Shown here piece after piece: positions 45,062 to 55,247 of a stretch of 64,000 nucleotides of DNA (positions within the stretch are counted from its first letter, which is position 1; each line of letters starts with the position of its first letter). The stretch is taken from assembly GCA_046314355.1 (NCBI GenBank), contig JBKBWQ010000001.1, positions 672,001 to 736,000 of the forward strand, given 5' to 3'. The DNA comes from Candidatus Altimarinota bacterium. Lineage in GTDB: Bacteria > Patescibacteriota > Gracilibacteria > 1-14-2-50-48-13. The position numbers were made by a program, and so were the translations under genes. The notes beneath the pieces are model-generated. The model did no database searches and was not told where the DNA came from. It was given only the letters and a program-made list of their open reading frames with translations.

Positions 45062-45511
45062 ATGGCTATAAGAATCGGCGATCATATTCCCGCCTTCTCT
45101 CTCCCACTTCCAGACGGAAAGTCTTTTGATATATCAAAATCCACAGACAAACATCACGTTATATTTTTCTATCCAAGAGATGAGACTTCAGGATGTATTA
45201 AAGAAGCATGTTCTTTTAGAGATAACTACGAAACATTCCAAAAGGCCGGTGCAGAGGTAATAGGCATCAGTTCTGATTCTAAAAAATCTCATCAACTATT
45301 TCAGAGAAAACACCGTCTTCCCTTCAAGCTTCTAAGCGATGAAGCAGGAAAAGTAAGAAAACTTTTTGGGGTTCCGAAAACTCTTGGATTATTTCCTGGC
45401 AGAGTGACGTACATAGTTGATAAAGAAGGTGTTGTAAGACATATATTCAATTCACAATTTAATGCAGAGCAGCACGTAAAAGAAGCACTGGAAATACTTA
45501 GTAAGATGTAG
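45062..45511 (+). CDS. bcp: Peroxiredoxin Q/BCP
   Basis: Motifs FFYPRDETSGCIKEACSFRD, GISSD, GRVTYIVDK. Confidence 0.92.
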   Translation: MAIRIGDHIPAFSLPLPDGKSFDISKSTDKHHVIFFYPRDETSGCIKEACSFRDNYETFQKAGAEVIGISSDSKKSHQLFQRKHRLPFKLLSDEAGKVRKLFGVPKTLGLFPGRVTYIVDKEGVVRHIFNSQFNAEQHVKEALEILSKM

Positions 45512-45561
45512 ACAAAACAATAATGTATTTATTCTAAATATACTCTTGCGAAATTTAGTTA

Positions 45562-45584
45562 AGTACCTAATATAATTAGGTACT
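45562..45584. promoter_or_regulatory. Putative MarR operator
   Basis: Perfect IR AGTACCTAAT-ATA-ATTAGGTACT overlapping a TATAAT, 22 bp upstream of the marR start. Confidence 0.72.
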
Positions 45585-45606
45585 GAAATATATTCACCAA
45601 ATTTCT

Positions 45607-46071
45607 ATGCAGAGAACAGAAATTATACAGGATTTTTTCAGCAATTTGAATACAATGAAACGTCTCCTAATGAAACAACACGGAGATAGTCATATCGCTA
45701 ATCTCCCGACTCACGCACAAATGGGTATTCTCATGACCGTAAGTAAGAGAAAAAATACCAGCATTAAAGATCTTGCACAGGAATTCGGTATCTCCTCAAG
45801 CGCGATCACGCAAATCGTAGATCTGCTTGTGAGAGATGGTCATCTTAGACGTAAAGAAGATCCTCTAGACCGTAGAAAACTCTCAGTATCACTTACCGCT
45901 AAAGGTAAAAAGATCATGGAAGAGGCAAAGAAAATGCGTATGGCTTTCCTTTCAAATATGCTTGAAATCCTCAGCGAAGAAGAACTCTTACAGTTAAAAA
46001 ATATCCAGCAAAAAATTATTGAACATTTACCATCTCATGAAAACAACACCCCCAAAGAAACAAGGTCCTAG
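45607..46071 (+). CDS. MarR-family regulator
   Basis: Motifs KDLA...SSSAITQIVDLL, DPLDRR, LTAKG. Confidence 0.92.
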   Translation: MQRTEIIQDFFSNLNTMKRLLMKQHGDSHIANLPTHAQMGILMTVSKRKNTSIKDLAQEFGISSSAITQIVDLLVRDGHLRRKEDPLDRRKLSVSLTAKGKKIMEEAKKMRMAFLSNMLEILSEEELLQLKNIQQKIIEHLPSHENNTPKETRS

Positions 46072-47770
46072 CCTAGGCACACTTCTCAAGCCATATATGA
46101 AGTTTATAATACTTCTCATCGTACTTGCCATAGGCAGCAATGGACTGAGTCTTGTACTTCCTCAGCTGATTGCTCATGCAATCGATACCTATACAGCAAC
46201 GTCAACGATTCCAGATGCGAGTATTTGGTACTTTTCGCTAGCAGTGCTTGGCATACTTCTACTCACTTTTGGACAAAGTATCATCCAGACCTATGCTTCT
46301 GAAAAAGTAGCACGGGATCTTCGTGAAGATCTCGCAGCAAAGATATCAAGACAAAGTTATCTTTATATCCAAAATACTAATCCATCCAAACTTCTTACAA
46401 ACTTAACCTCTGATATAGACAGTATTAAGCTCTTTGTCTCACAGATTATCGTATCAATGGTTTCCTCTTTCCTGCTTATTATCGGATCTGCTATTTTTCT
46501 GCTGATGATTGACTGGCAGCTTGCACTCCTGGTACTGATGATTATTCCTCTTATCGGAGGTGCATTCTTTTTTATCTTCAAAAGAATAGGCGCACTTTTT
46601 CTCAAAGCACGAGAGGTTATCGACTGGCTCAATAAAGTAATCAATGAGAGTATCTTAGGTGCTGCACTTATCCGTGTACTTCATGCAGAGAAAATGGAAA
46701 CTGCCAAATTCAATGAAGCAAATACTCAGGCAACTTCTGTCGGACTCCAGATACTTACAATGTTTGCAACACTCATACCTATTATCGTATTCGTCTCAAG
46801 CATGGCAAGCGTTGTCATACTTGTACTTGGTGGATACTTCGTAATCGGAGGTGTCATGACACTTGGTGATTTCACCGCCTTCAATAGTTATCTTGGAATA
46901 CTTGTCTTCCCTATCATCATGATCGGATTTATGAGTAACATGATCGCTCAAGCATCCACTTCATATCATAGAATTTCTGAAGTCCTTGAGGCAGAAGAAA
47001 AAGAACCTGAGGGAGTCATTACAAAAACACTCCAAGGAAAGATCAGTGTTGAAAATATTTCTTTGAATTATGGCGAAAAGAAGACATTAAAGAATATATC
47101 TTTTGAAGTTGCACCAGGAAGCCGCACAGCCATCCTCGGACCAACCGCAGCAGGAAAATCCCAGCTGCTCTATCTCATGACAGGACTAAACCAGCCTTCA
47201 GAAGGTCGCATATTATATGATGATCAGCCGATTTCTGATTATGACCCCATAAGCTTTCACAAGCAGGTAGGATTTGTATTCCAGGACAGTGTGATATTCA
47301 ATATGTCCATTAGAGAAAATATAGCTTTTAGTTCGGATTCCACAGAAGAAGATCTCCAAAAAGCCATCAAGACTGCTGAACTTGAAGATTTCATTACTTC
47401 CCTTCCTGAAGGTCTAGAAACAATTGTATCAGAAAGAGGGGCATCACTCTCCGGAGGACAAAAGCAGCGTATTATGCTCGCACGTGCACTTACACTCAAT
47501 CCTCGCATACTTCTCTTAGATGACTTTACAGCCCGGGTAGATACTCAGACAGAACAAAAGATTCTTGAAAATATGAAAAAATATTATCCAGATCTCACTC
47601 TTGTATCTATTACCCAAAAAGTAGCAGCCATAGAATCATACGAACAAATCCTTCTCCTAATGGAAGGAGAACTGCTCACTTCAGGTACACACAAGGAGCT
47701 TCTCCACACCTCACCTGAATACGTACAAATTTATAATTCCCAAAAGAGTACAAACCATTATGAACTATAA
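46037..47770 (+). CDS. Multidrug-type ABC exporter, subunit with degenerate NBD
   Basis: Six TMs, GPTAAGKS, LSGGQKQR, and LLLDD (catalytic Glu replaced). Start MKTTPP. Confidence 0.9.
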   Translation: MKTTPPKKQGPSLGTLLKPYMKFIILLIVLAIGSNGLSLVLPQLIAHAIDTYTATSTIPDASIWYFSLAVLGILLLTFGQSIIQTYASEKVARDLREDLAAKISRQSYLYIQNTNPSKLLTNLTSDIDSIKLFVSQIIVSMVSSFLLIIGSAIFLLMIDWQLALLVLMIIPLIGGAFFFIFKRIGALFLKAREVIDWLNKVINESILGAALIRVLHAEKMETAKFNEANTQATSVGLQILTMFATLIPIIVFVSSMASVVILVLGGYFVIGGVMTLGDFTAFNSYLGILVFPIIMIGFMSNMIAQASTSYHRISEVLEAEEKEPEGVITKTLQGKISVENISLNYGEKKTLKNISFEVAPGSRTAILGPTAAGKSQLLYLMTGLNQPSEGRILYDDQPISDYDPISFHKQVGFVFQDSVIFNMSIRENIAFSSDSTEEDLQKAIKTAELEDFITSLPEGLETIVSERGASLSGGQKQRIMLARALTLNPRILLLDDFTARVDTQTEQKILENMKKYYPDLTLVSITQKVAAIESYEQILLLMEGELLTSGTHKELLHTSPEYVQIYNSQKSTNHYEL

Positions 47771-49514
47771 ACTTAACCAAGATACAGCCCAGAAAAAAGT
47801 CGGTACACTGGAAGCCAGCAAAAAGCTTCTTCCGTTACTTAAAGGAGAAGAAAAGCAGATTGCCATATCTGCAGTTGCTCTTCTATTCAATTCAGCGACA
47901 AATCTTATTGCCCCGCTTATTATCGGACTAACAGTAGACAAGTATATACAGACCGGAGATTTCGGAGGAGTGCTTTATTGGGCAGCTATACTTTCTGTAT
48001 TATTCTTGATTGGACTTGCCACAAACTACATACAGACCAAAGTCATGGGAGGAGTAGGACAGCGTATTCTTTTTAAATTAAGAAACAAAATCTTTCTTAA
48101 ACTGCAGGAGCTACCTATCGCTTTTTTTAATCAAAACAAAGCAGGAGATCTTATCTCTCGTATCAATAACGATACAGATAAACTTAACCAGTTTTTCTCA
48201 CAAGCGCTTACGCAGTTTATTGGAAATCTCTGTATCATGATAGGTACTGGTCTTTTCATTCTGTTCATTCACATAAAACTTGGCGCTGCTGCTCTCTTCC
48301 CTGCACTACTCTTACTTATCTTTACTCAGCTGATTTCACCATGGGTAAAGAAAAAGAATAGTGAAAACCTGAAAAGTACTGGTGGATTAAGTTCAGAGAT
48401 TCAGGAAAGTTTAAATAATTTTAAAGCAATCATTGCCTTTAATAGAAGAGATTATTTTAGAAAACGATTCAATGAAGCGAATACAAAAAGCTTTCAGACA
48501 GGAATCTGGGCAGGAATAGCAAATACTATATTCACTCCTATTTATGCGCTCTCATATAACATCGCACAAATCATCGTACTTGGTTATGGAATCTATCTGA
48601 TTTCCCAGGGAGACTTTACAATAGGACTTCTAATTAGTTTCTTTACTTATCTCAGCAGATTCTATGATCCGCTTAGACACCTGGCTGCCCTATGGGCATC
48701 ATTTCAGGTAGCTCTTGCAGGATGGGATCGTATCAGTAGCATTCTTTCTCTAGAGACTGATCTCACACAAATAGAAGATACTTCGAAGAAATCATCAGAT
48801 GCTGTTCTTGAGTTCAAAAACGTAAGCTTTACCTATCCAGAAGGCAAGCATGTACTCTCAAATATCAACTTTACATTAGATCATGGCAAGACTTATGCAC
48901 TTGTGGGACCTACAGGAGGCGGAAAGACAACTACAGCATCCCTCATGGCGCGTCTCTTTGACCCTACAGAAGGAACTGTGCTCCTCAACGGCAAAGACAT
49001 CAGATCATATACTTCAGAGGAACGTACGGCGAAAATCGGATTTATTCTTCAGGAACCATTTCTTTTTAGCGGAACGTTAAAGGATAATATTCTCTATGGA
49101 AATGATGAGTACAACAATACAGATACTGAGAGTTTGAAGAAGACACTCACAGATGCGGGACTAGATACTTTACTCTCTCAGTTCTCAGAGGGACTTGAGA
49201 CAAAGATTACCGGAAACGATGCTATTAGTCTTGGACAGAAACAGCTCATTGCATTTATCAGAGCTGTCCTTAGAAAACCTGAGATTTTGATTTTAGATGA
49301 AGCTACAGCAAATATTGATACTGTTACGGAACAGCTCCTTGAAACAGTTCTTACGCAGCTTCCAAAGAGTACAACACGGGTCATCATTGCTCATAGACTT
49401 AATACTATTGAAGCTGCTGATGAGATTTTCTTTGTAAATGGAGGAAGTCTGACGCTTGCTCATTCTATGGAGGAAGCAGTGCATATGCTGTTGGATGAGA
49501 AGAAGGAGAGTTAA
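47760..49514 (+). CDS. Multidrug-type ABC exporter, partner subunit
   Basis: Six TMs, GPTGGGKTT, ISLGQKQ, ILDEATANID, IAHRL. Heterodimeric exporter pattern. Confidence 0.9.
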   Translation: MNYKLNQDTAQKKVGTLEASKKLLPLLKGEEKQIAISAVALLFNSATNLIAPLIIGLTVDKYIQTGDFGGVLYWAAILSVLFLIGLATNYIQTKVMGGVGQRILFKLRNKIFLKLQELPIAFFNQNKAGDLISRINNDTDKLNQFFSQALTQFIGNLCIMIGTGLFILFIHIKLGAAALFPALLLLIFTQLISPWVKKKNSENLKSTGGLSSEIQESLNNFKAIIAFNRRDYFRKRFNEANTKSFQTGIWAGIANTIFTPIYALSYNIAQIIVLGYGIYLISQGDFTIGLLISFFTYLSRFYDPLRHLAALWASFQVALAGWDRISSILSLETDLTQIEDTSKKSSDAVLEFKNVSFTYPEGKHVLSNINFTLDHGKTYALVGPTGGGKTTTASLMARLFDPTEGTVLLNGKDIRSYTSEERTAKIGFILQEPFLFSGTLKDNILYGNDEYNNTDTESLKKTLTDAGLDTLLSQFSEGLETKITGNDAISLGQKQLIAFIRAVLRKPEILILDEATANIDTVTEQLLETVLTQLPKSTTRVIIAHRLNTIEAADEIFFVNGGSLTLAHSMEEAVHMLLDEKKES

Positions 49515-49527
49515 GAGAAAGTGTATA

Positions 49528-49569
49528 ATTTAAAAAGCATCCGCTGGATTCAGTGGGTGCTTTTTAAAT
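49528..49569 (+). terminator. Intrinsic terminator
   Basis: AAAAAGCATCCGCTG-GATT-CAGTGGGTGCTTTTT. Confidence 0.75.
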
Positions 49570-49742
49570 GGTAGATTATTTTTCTACTACTTCATATAGA
49601 TACCCCGTAGGGCTCAGAGTATGAGTGATAGCGTGCGTACTTAGTAGTGAGGGATAAATTTTTTTACGTCTCAATACAAAAAAAGAGCCTTCTACCTACG
49701 AAGTACTAATTACACACTACTCTAATTTTTTCAAAAAATTTA

Positions 49743-49817
49743 TGGCTTCGGGGGAGGGATTCGAACCCTCGACCTGCCGGTTAACAGCCGGATGCTCTAC
49801 CGCTGAGCTACCCCGAA
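49743..49817 (-). tRNA. tRNA-Asn(GTT)
   Basis: Minus strand: acceptor TTCGGGG/CCCCGAA, CCGG-CT GTT AA-CCGG, GGTTCGAAT, G-CCA. Confidence 0.95.
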
Positions 49818-49885
49818 ATAATTTCTTACATAAGACACTTCCTGAGTATAGTAATGGCTTGAAAAAATGCAAGAAAAAGTGAAAA

Positions 49886-50953
49886 TTAATAATCTCGGTC
49901 GTATACCCGGGTCTTTTTACGCTTTCTAAGTTTTCTAATTCTGAATACTCCTACCGTACTTATAATCATTGCTAGCGCAGAAGCATATCCTCCTGCATAC
50001 ATATGAGATTTCAGATATCCCCATTTGTCGTAGACAACTTCAAATGGTATGACTAGCGGATCATAAAATGTATCATTTACTGGCTCTTTAAGGGTAAGGA
50101 TAAATTCATGATTACCTTCTTCCAGAGGTACTGTTGGTGACGCAACTATAGTACGCATAGCTGTATCAGAGAGTATTTGTGCTGAAGTAACAATACTGCT
50201 GAAGTATCCCTTCGCTTCAAGCTCCTGTGTAAGCTGCCCCTTAAATCCATGTTCTAGATGATTAAGTACCAATAACGGCTGCATATCAAATCCTGGTGAC
50301 ACAGACTGATTATTGAATTCTATACTTGAAAGTAGGTTTCTATACGATTCGGGCATACATTGAAGCTCAATAGTACTTAAAGTGATACTTTTAAATAGAA
50401 TATTAAATTTCATATTCTGCTCATGCATACAAAATCCATCAAGAGAAACCACTTCATGAAATACTCCTCTTTTATCTGAATGAAGCGGTACATTAAACGC
50501 CAGACCGCTTTCGCTTTCAAAGGCAAGAACAACCTGCGATTCAGGAATGCCGTAGAGACCTTTTACATATACACTTGTCCCCTTCACAGATGCTTCCTCG
50601 GGCAAGCTTACTAAACGAATATTTAAAGGATCTTTGATATCTTTATTAGAAAAAAGAGCACTATCATACTTTGTGGGATCAGTTCCAAATTCGTAGAACT
50701 CTTCTCCATCAGAGTATCCGTCTTGATCAGTATCCTTTTCCTCTGAGGAAGTACCCAGATCTGCTTCCTGCAGATTAGTCAGTCCATCATGATCGGCATC
50801 ATCTATACTCTTTGTCAGATGTGTATAATATTCATCTAGCGAAAGAGAGCTCGCATATACAGTAGGAGAAGCATTTATTATAATTAAAACAAAAGCCAGC
50901 ACGATGCTGACAGCTCTAATAGCCGATTTTTTATATGTATATTTTGTCAACAC
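49886..50953 (-). CDS. Exported, C-terminally membrane-anchored protein with bacterial TSP3-like Ca-binding repeats
   Basis: Signal peptide, DADHDGLTNLQE and DTDQDGYSDGEE...GTDP repeats, C-terminal TM and basic tail. Confidence 0.78.
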   Translation of the reverse strand: MLTKYTYKKSAIRAVSIVLAFVLIIINASPTVYASSLSLDEYYTHLTKSIDDADHDGLTNLQEADLGTSSEEKDTDQDGYSDGEEFYEFGTDPTKYDSALFSNKDIKDPLNIRLVSLPEEASVKGTSVYVKGLYGIPESQVVLAFESESGLAFNVPLHSDKRGVFHEVVSLDGFCMHEQNMKFNILFKSITLSTIELQCMPESYRNLLSSIEFNNQSVSPGFDMQPLLVLNHLEHGFKGQLTQELEAKGYFSSIVTSAQILSDTAMRTIVASPTVPLEEGNHEFILTLKEPVNDTFYDPLVIPFEVVYDKWGYLKSHMYAGGYASALAMIISTVGVFRIRKLRKRKKTRVYDRDY

Positions 50954-51228
50954 TTAGGAGGGGATAAATGTTTGCTACAGTCATTAAATATTATATTCTA
51001 CACTAAATTATGTTAAAATACAATTTTTTGTAAGTTTGTTAATTTACTTTTATACTACTAGTTAAAAATAATATTTTTATATTATGTATACCTTATACTA
51101 CTATCTGGAATAAAAACTATTAGATAGTGCACACAAAATCACTACTCTTTTCAGCTTCAAAAAAAGAGAGATTACTGATCTTAGTACCTAAGTTCAATAC
51201 TCTCTCTCCTCTTCAAAACAAAATTTAA

Positions 51229-52473
51229 CTACTTTCTCTTAAACTTGATGATCTCTCTACCTACAAACTGCTCTCCTCGTACATACATTATCGTACCTTC
51301 CTGAGTATACGATCCGCGTAATGTTTTATCAATCCCGGCAGTATTTGAGACAAGCGGCATGACATAGAAACTATTTTTTTGAGCAAGGGAGAAAATCTCT
51401 CTGCATCTCAAAAATTTTCCATCTGAGAGTATATGTATCGGAAAAGCTGCTACAATCTCTATCTCTGCTTTCTGTAAGTTAAGAAACTCAAAAAAAGCCT
51501 TCCAGATTTCCATGATCTTTTTTTGTTCCTCATTAGTTTCCTCTCTAGTAGGATGCAGTCCTCTAAAATTCTTCCCCAGATATCCTTCAGTGACTATTAC
51601 TTTAGGCAATTGACCATTGAGCACAGGGATATGACGAATACTTGTCACATCCTCCATCTGAACGGTATAAGGCACATCAGATGCGCGCTCATACTGACTC
51701 TGTGTGATCATCCATCCCACATTTGCTTCTGAATGCCCTACCATTACATCACTATAATCACTTCCTATAATAGAGCGTCTCTGCAGCAGTGACTCCATAA
51801 GAACTGTTCCGCTTCCGCAAAAAGGATCCCAAACGGGTTCATAGTACTTTTCTTCTCTTGCAAGATTCAGCATAGACTGCGCAAGCTTTGGAGGAAGCAT
51901 ACCATTTCTAGAATCCCTATGAGGACGTCTCATATCCCTATACGCATAGCTATCTATATTCTGAGACCAAAGACCAACTCCAAGGTAGAATATTCCATTC
52001 TTCTCACAGCAGATAAGATCTACCCCTTTATCATAGATACCCTCAGAGTTTAGAAATGCTTCCGCAGGATTCTTATCTATCCGTTTATTCAAAAATCTTC
52101 TTTTACCTGAAATAAAAAAAGCACTTTCCTTCTTTATTTCTAAAAGAAGCTCTTTCTGCACTTTTTTTTCTTTCCCATATACTGACACAGCATAGATCAA
52201 TTTATCTTCTATTACTTGCTCCTTACAAAAATTCTTCACCACATCCACTGCCCGAGGAAGCAAATCTTCTCTCGAAGATGAATCATAAATCTCTGCAAAT
52301 TTAATGATTCCTCCAAAATCATCAGGGAAAAAAGATGGAAATTCATCTGCCTCAATAATCAGAAAATCTCTGTCACACGCGACAATATTTGGCTTGTAGT
52401 CAAAGATAGACAACACCTCCGCAATTGACAGTATGGGGTTGTGACCTAAGATAAAAGCATATTTTTTTTTCAT
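51229..52473 (-). CDS. Trm11/UPF0020-like SAM-dependent RNA methyltransferase
   Basis: Motifs FILG..P.LS.AE, RD..RP.RD...GMLPPKLAQ, DPFCGSGT, TEGYLG, VGREI. Start MKKKY. Confidence 0.85.
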   Translation of the reverse strand: MKKKYAFILGHNPILSIAEVLSIFDYKPNIVACDRDFLIIEADEFPSFFPDDFGGIIKFAEIYDSSSREDLLPRAVDVVKNFCKEQVIEDKLIYAVSVYGKEKKVQKELLLEIKKESAFFISGKRRFLNKRIDKNPAEAFLNSEGIYDKGVDLICCEKNGIFYLGVGLWSQNIDSYAYRDMRRPHRDSRNGMLPPKLAQSMLNLAREEKYYEPVWDPFCGSGTVLMESLLQRRSIIGSDYSDVMVGHSEANVGWMITQSQYERASDVPYTVQMEDVTSIRHIPVLNGQLPKVIVTEGYLGKNFRGLHPTREETNEEQKKIMEIWKAFFEFLNLQKAEIEIVAAFPIHILSDGKFLRCREIFSLAQKNSFYVMPLVSNTAGIDKTLRGSYTQEGTIMYVRGEQFVGREIIKFKRK

Positions 52474-52479
52474 GAATAT

Positions 52480-52977
52480 ATGTTGACTGACAATGTATAT
52501 AATACGTTTTCTTCCCATCTGCCTCGCATACTAGTGATTACATCTATCTGCGCCACACTGGTATTTGGTTTCTTTTGCGGTTCATTCTACGCAAATATGA
52601 AAGAAGTTCCCTCTTATCCTATACAATTTATCGACGATATCAACCCGTATGTACCTTATCTAAAAATTTTAGGTCTTGAGAATAACCAGCTGCAGATAGA
52701 AACAAAAGATCATTCAATACGAATAGAGAATGGTGAGGACATTCTCAATGCACCAGCCAATACTCCTTTTACAGTACCAATAGCAAATATTTTAGCTTCT
52801 TCTGACTCGCCTGCCGCTCTCCCGGCATCATCCTGCGCCTATGCTGCCGCAAAGACAGGTAAGTATTTATACTCGGCAGAAAGTACCCAAGCTCAGAGAC
52901 TCTCTGCAAGTAAAAGATGTTTTGCAAGTATTGCTGAAGGAGAAAAAGCAGGACTAGTACTTTGGGAGAAGAAATAA
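52480..52977 (+). CDS. Single-pass membrane protein, C-terminus weakly Ada-metal-binding-like
   Basis: One TM helix and a C-terminal YAAAKTGKYLY...CFASIAEGEKAG pattern. Confidence 0.65.
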   Translation: MLTDNVYNTFSSHLPRILVITSICATLVFGFFCGSFYANMKEVPSYPIQFIDDINPYVPYLKILGLENNQLQIETKDHSIRIENGEDILNAPANTPFTVPIANILASSDSPAALPASSCAYAAAKTGKYLYSAESTQAQRLSASKRCFASIAEGEKAGLVLWEKK

Positions 52978-53035
52978 TTGTTATTTGCAGCTCAGTTCTT
53001 TTCCAGTAGAATAGAGCAAATATTAGCCTTATTGT

Positions 53036-54640
53036 ATGTCAATTTCGAAAAGAACAGCTACACGTATTCTTGAATCAGTACCAGGTATATTATCCTGGAG
53101 TGTACTGCTTTTTCCTCTCATTTTTTCTTTTATAGTTCCTGAGATTGTAGCTGCTTTTTACATTCTCTTTTCTCTTTTTTGGCTCCTGCGGGCACTGTCT
53201 TTCTCTTTTTATCTGATTTGGAACTATTATATTTTCCGAAGACAAGAATCCGTTGATTGGACATATATCTACTCTTCGCTTGCTGATTCCCGAACTATAG
53301 CTTTTGATAAACATATTCCAGGAACACTCCGGCAGCTTATACGTATGAGAGAAAATACTCATATCCATCCAGTAGGTATCAGAGATATCAAAAATATCAT
53401 CATTATCCCTACCTATAAGGAACCTTATGAAATATTAGCTGATACTATTCAGTCTATCCGGAAATCTAATTTCAATCTCAAACAAGTTACCCTTGTCATA
53501 GCCACAGAAGAAAGAGATCATGAGAATGCAACCGCAACAGCAGCAAAGCTTGAAAAGAAATTCTCACATTTCTTTGAACATTTTCTTCATGTGGAGCATC
53601 CCAAGAATATTCCAGGGGAAGTACCAGGAAAAGGCGGAAATATAAGCTTTGCCTGTAAAAAAACTGTAGCCTACCTGCAGGGAAAAGGCGAGCTTACGCC
53701 GGAGACCACCGGGAACTATATTGTTACTACAATCGATGCAGATAACAGACTGCATACTGAATACTTAAGAATACTCACAATTTATTTTTTCCTGACCCCT
53801 GACAGGCAACACTTTAGTTATCAACCACTTCCTTTTCTCTGCAACAACTTATGGGACGTACCTATTTTCAATAGATTAGTGGCAATTTCAAGTACCTTTT
53901 GGCACCTGATTGAATCAGGAAGGAGAGATAAACTCAGGAATTTCTCATCTCACGCACAGCCTCTGGAAGCGTTGATTGATATGAATTATTGGTCTACTAA
54001 TACTATTGTAGAGGATGGTCACCAGTTCTGGAGATCATATATTCATTTCAGAGGTAAATATGCAGTCATCCCTATCTTTATTCCTATATTTCAGGATGCT
54101 GTTGGTCATGAAAAATACATATCTTCCCTGCTTGCCCAGTATAAGCAACTTCGAAGATGGGCATATGGAGCTGAGGACTTTGCATATGTTATAAAACGCA
54201 CTTGGCAGTTGAGACGGGAGCTTCCTATATGGAAAACATTTTTCCATATTCTTCAGCTCCTTGAAGGACATATCATGTGGGCAACCGCACCACTCATTCT
54301 GACATTTTCATCGTATACACCAAAGATCCTAAGCCCACACTTCATTGAAACTACGATCTACTATAATCTTTCAATTATTATGGGGTATCTCTTTTCTCTG
54401 TCCTTTGTTGGTATAGTGGTCTCTATCTGGATATCACTTGTTACCCTTCCTCCCTTTCCAAAAAACATTTCTATAAAAAGAACTTGGTATTTACGAATAA
54501 GCCTCGTACTTCAATGGTTTCTCCTGCCGTTTACCACCACAGTATTCGCAGCCCTGCCAGCTCTTGAAACGCAGACGCGCCTTATCTTCGGCAATAAACT
54601 CGGCTTTAATGTAACAGAGAAGGTAAGGAAGAATCCTTAG
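53036..54640 (+). CDS. Membrane glycosyltransferase family 2
   Basis: Motifs IPTYKEP, GKGGN, DAD, IVED, QLRRWAYG (QxxRW). N- and C-terminal TMs. Confidence 0.9.
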   Translation: MSISKRTATRILESVPGILSWSVLLFPLIFSFIVPEIVAAFYILFSLFWLLRALSFSFYLIWNYYIFRRQESVDWTYIYSSLADSRTIAFDKHIPGTLRQLIRMRENTHIHPVGIRDIKNIIIIPTYKEPYEILADTIQSIRKSNFNLKQVTLVIATEERDHENATATAAKLEKKFSHFFEHFLHVEHPKNIPGEVPGKGGNISFACKKTVAYLQGKGELTPETTGNYIVTTIDADNRLHTEYLRILTIYFFLTPDRQHFSYQPLPFLCNNLWDVPIFNRLVAISSTFWHLIESGRRDKLRNFSSHAQPLEALIDMNYWSTNTIVEDGHQFWRSYIHFRGKYAVIPIFIPIFQDAVGHEKYISSLLAQYKQLRRWAYGAEDFAYVIKRTWQLRRELPIWKTFFHILQLLEGHIMWATAPLILTFSSYTPKILSPHFIETTIYYNLSIIMGYLFSLSFVGIVVSIWISLVTLPPFPKNISIKRTWYLRISLVLQWFLLPFTTTVFAALPALETQTRLIFGNKLGFNVTEKVRKNP

Positions 54641-54744
54641 CAGATGAGCTTAAGTTTCTAAATTATCTTGAGAAAATAAGAGTTCTACACTAGAATCTAG
54701 TAACTAGATTCTAAAAACTTGATTCTAGTAGGCACAGCCATCCT

Positions 54745-54830
54745 GCCCGGGTGGTGAAATCGGTAGACACGCGGGACTTAAAATCCCGTTCCCTATGGGA
54801 GTGCGGGTTCGATTCCCGCCCCGGGCACCA
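54745..54830 (+). tRNA. tRNA-Leu(TAA)
   Basis: Acceptor GCCCGGG/CCCGGGC, CGGGA-CT TAA AA-TCCCG, long variable arm, encoded CCA. Confidence 0.97.
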
Positions 54831-55247
54831 TTCTTCGCTTCTCACGAAGCTACGAATGGCACAGCCAGAATGGAATTAATCTTCGCAGGCGAAGATTTTT
54901 ATATATAGAGCGAAGAATGTCCCTCGTAGCCTACACCTGAACTGTAAGTTGCTTGTTCATAATGGCGAAGAGGGATGCCCAAGCATAAAGCATTGATGTA
55001 TTTTGGTACGCCTCTGAGTTTGTAGTAACTCTTTTTTATACTAAGACGTAAAAAAATTTATCCCTAAGTACTAACTACTCCCACCCACACTCGCGCCGAG
55101 CCCTACCTCTCACTACTCACTGCTCACTACTCCCACTATCACTCACACTCCCGAGCCCTCGAGCCTCTACACTTAATTCCTCTACCTCTTCCCTTTTCTC
55201 TACTTTCCACTTATACTAGATACATATTTGTAAATATCAGCAGTTTC

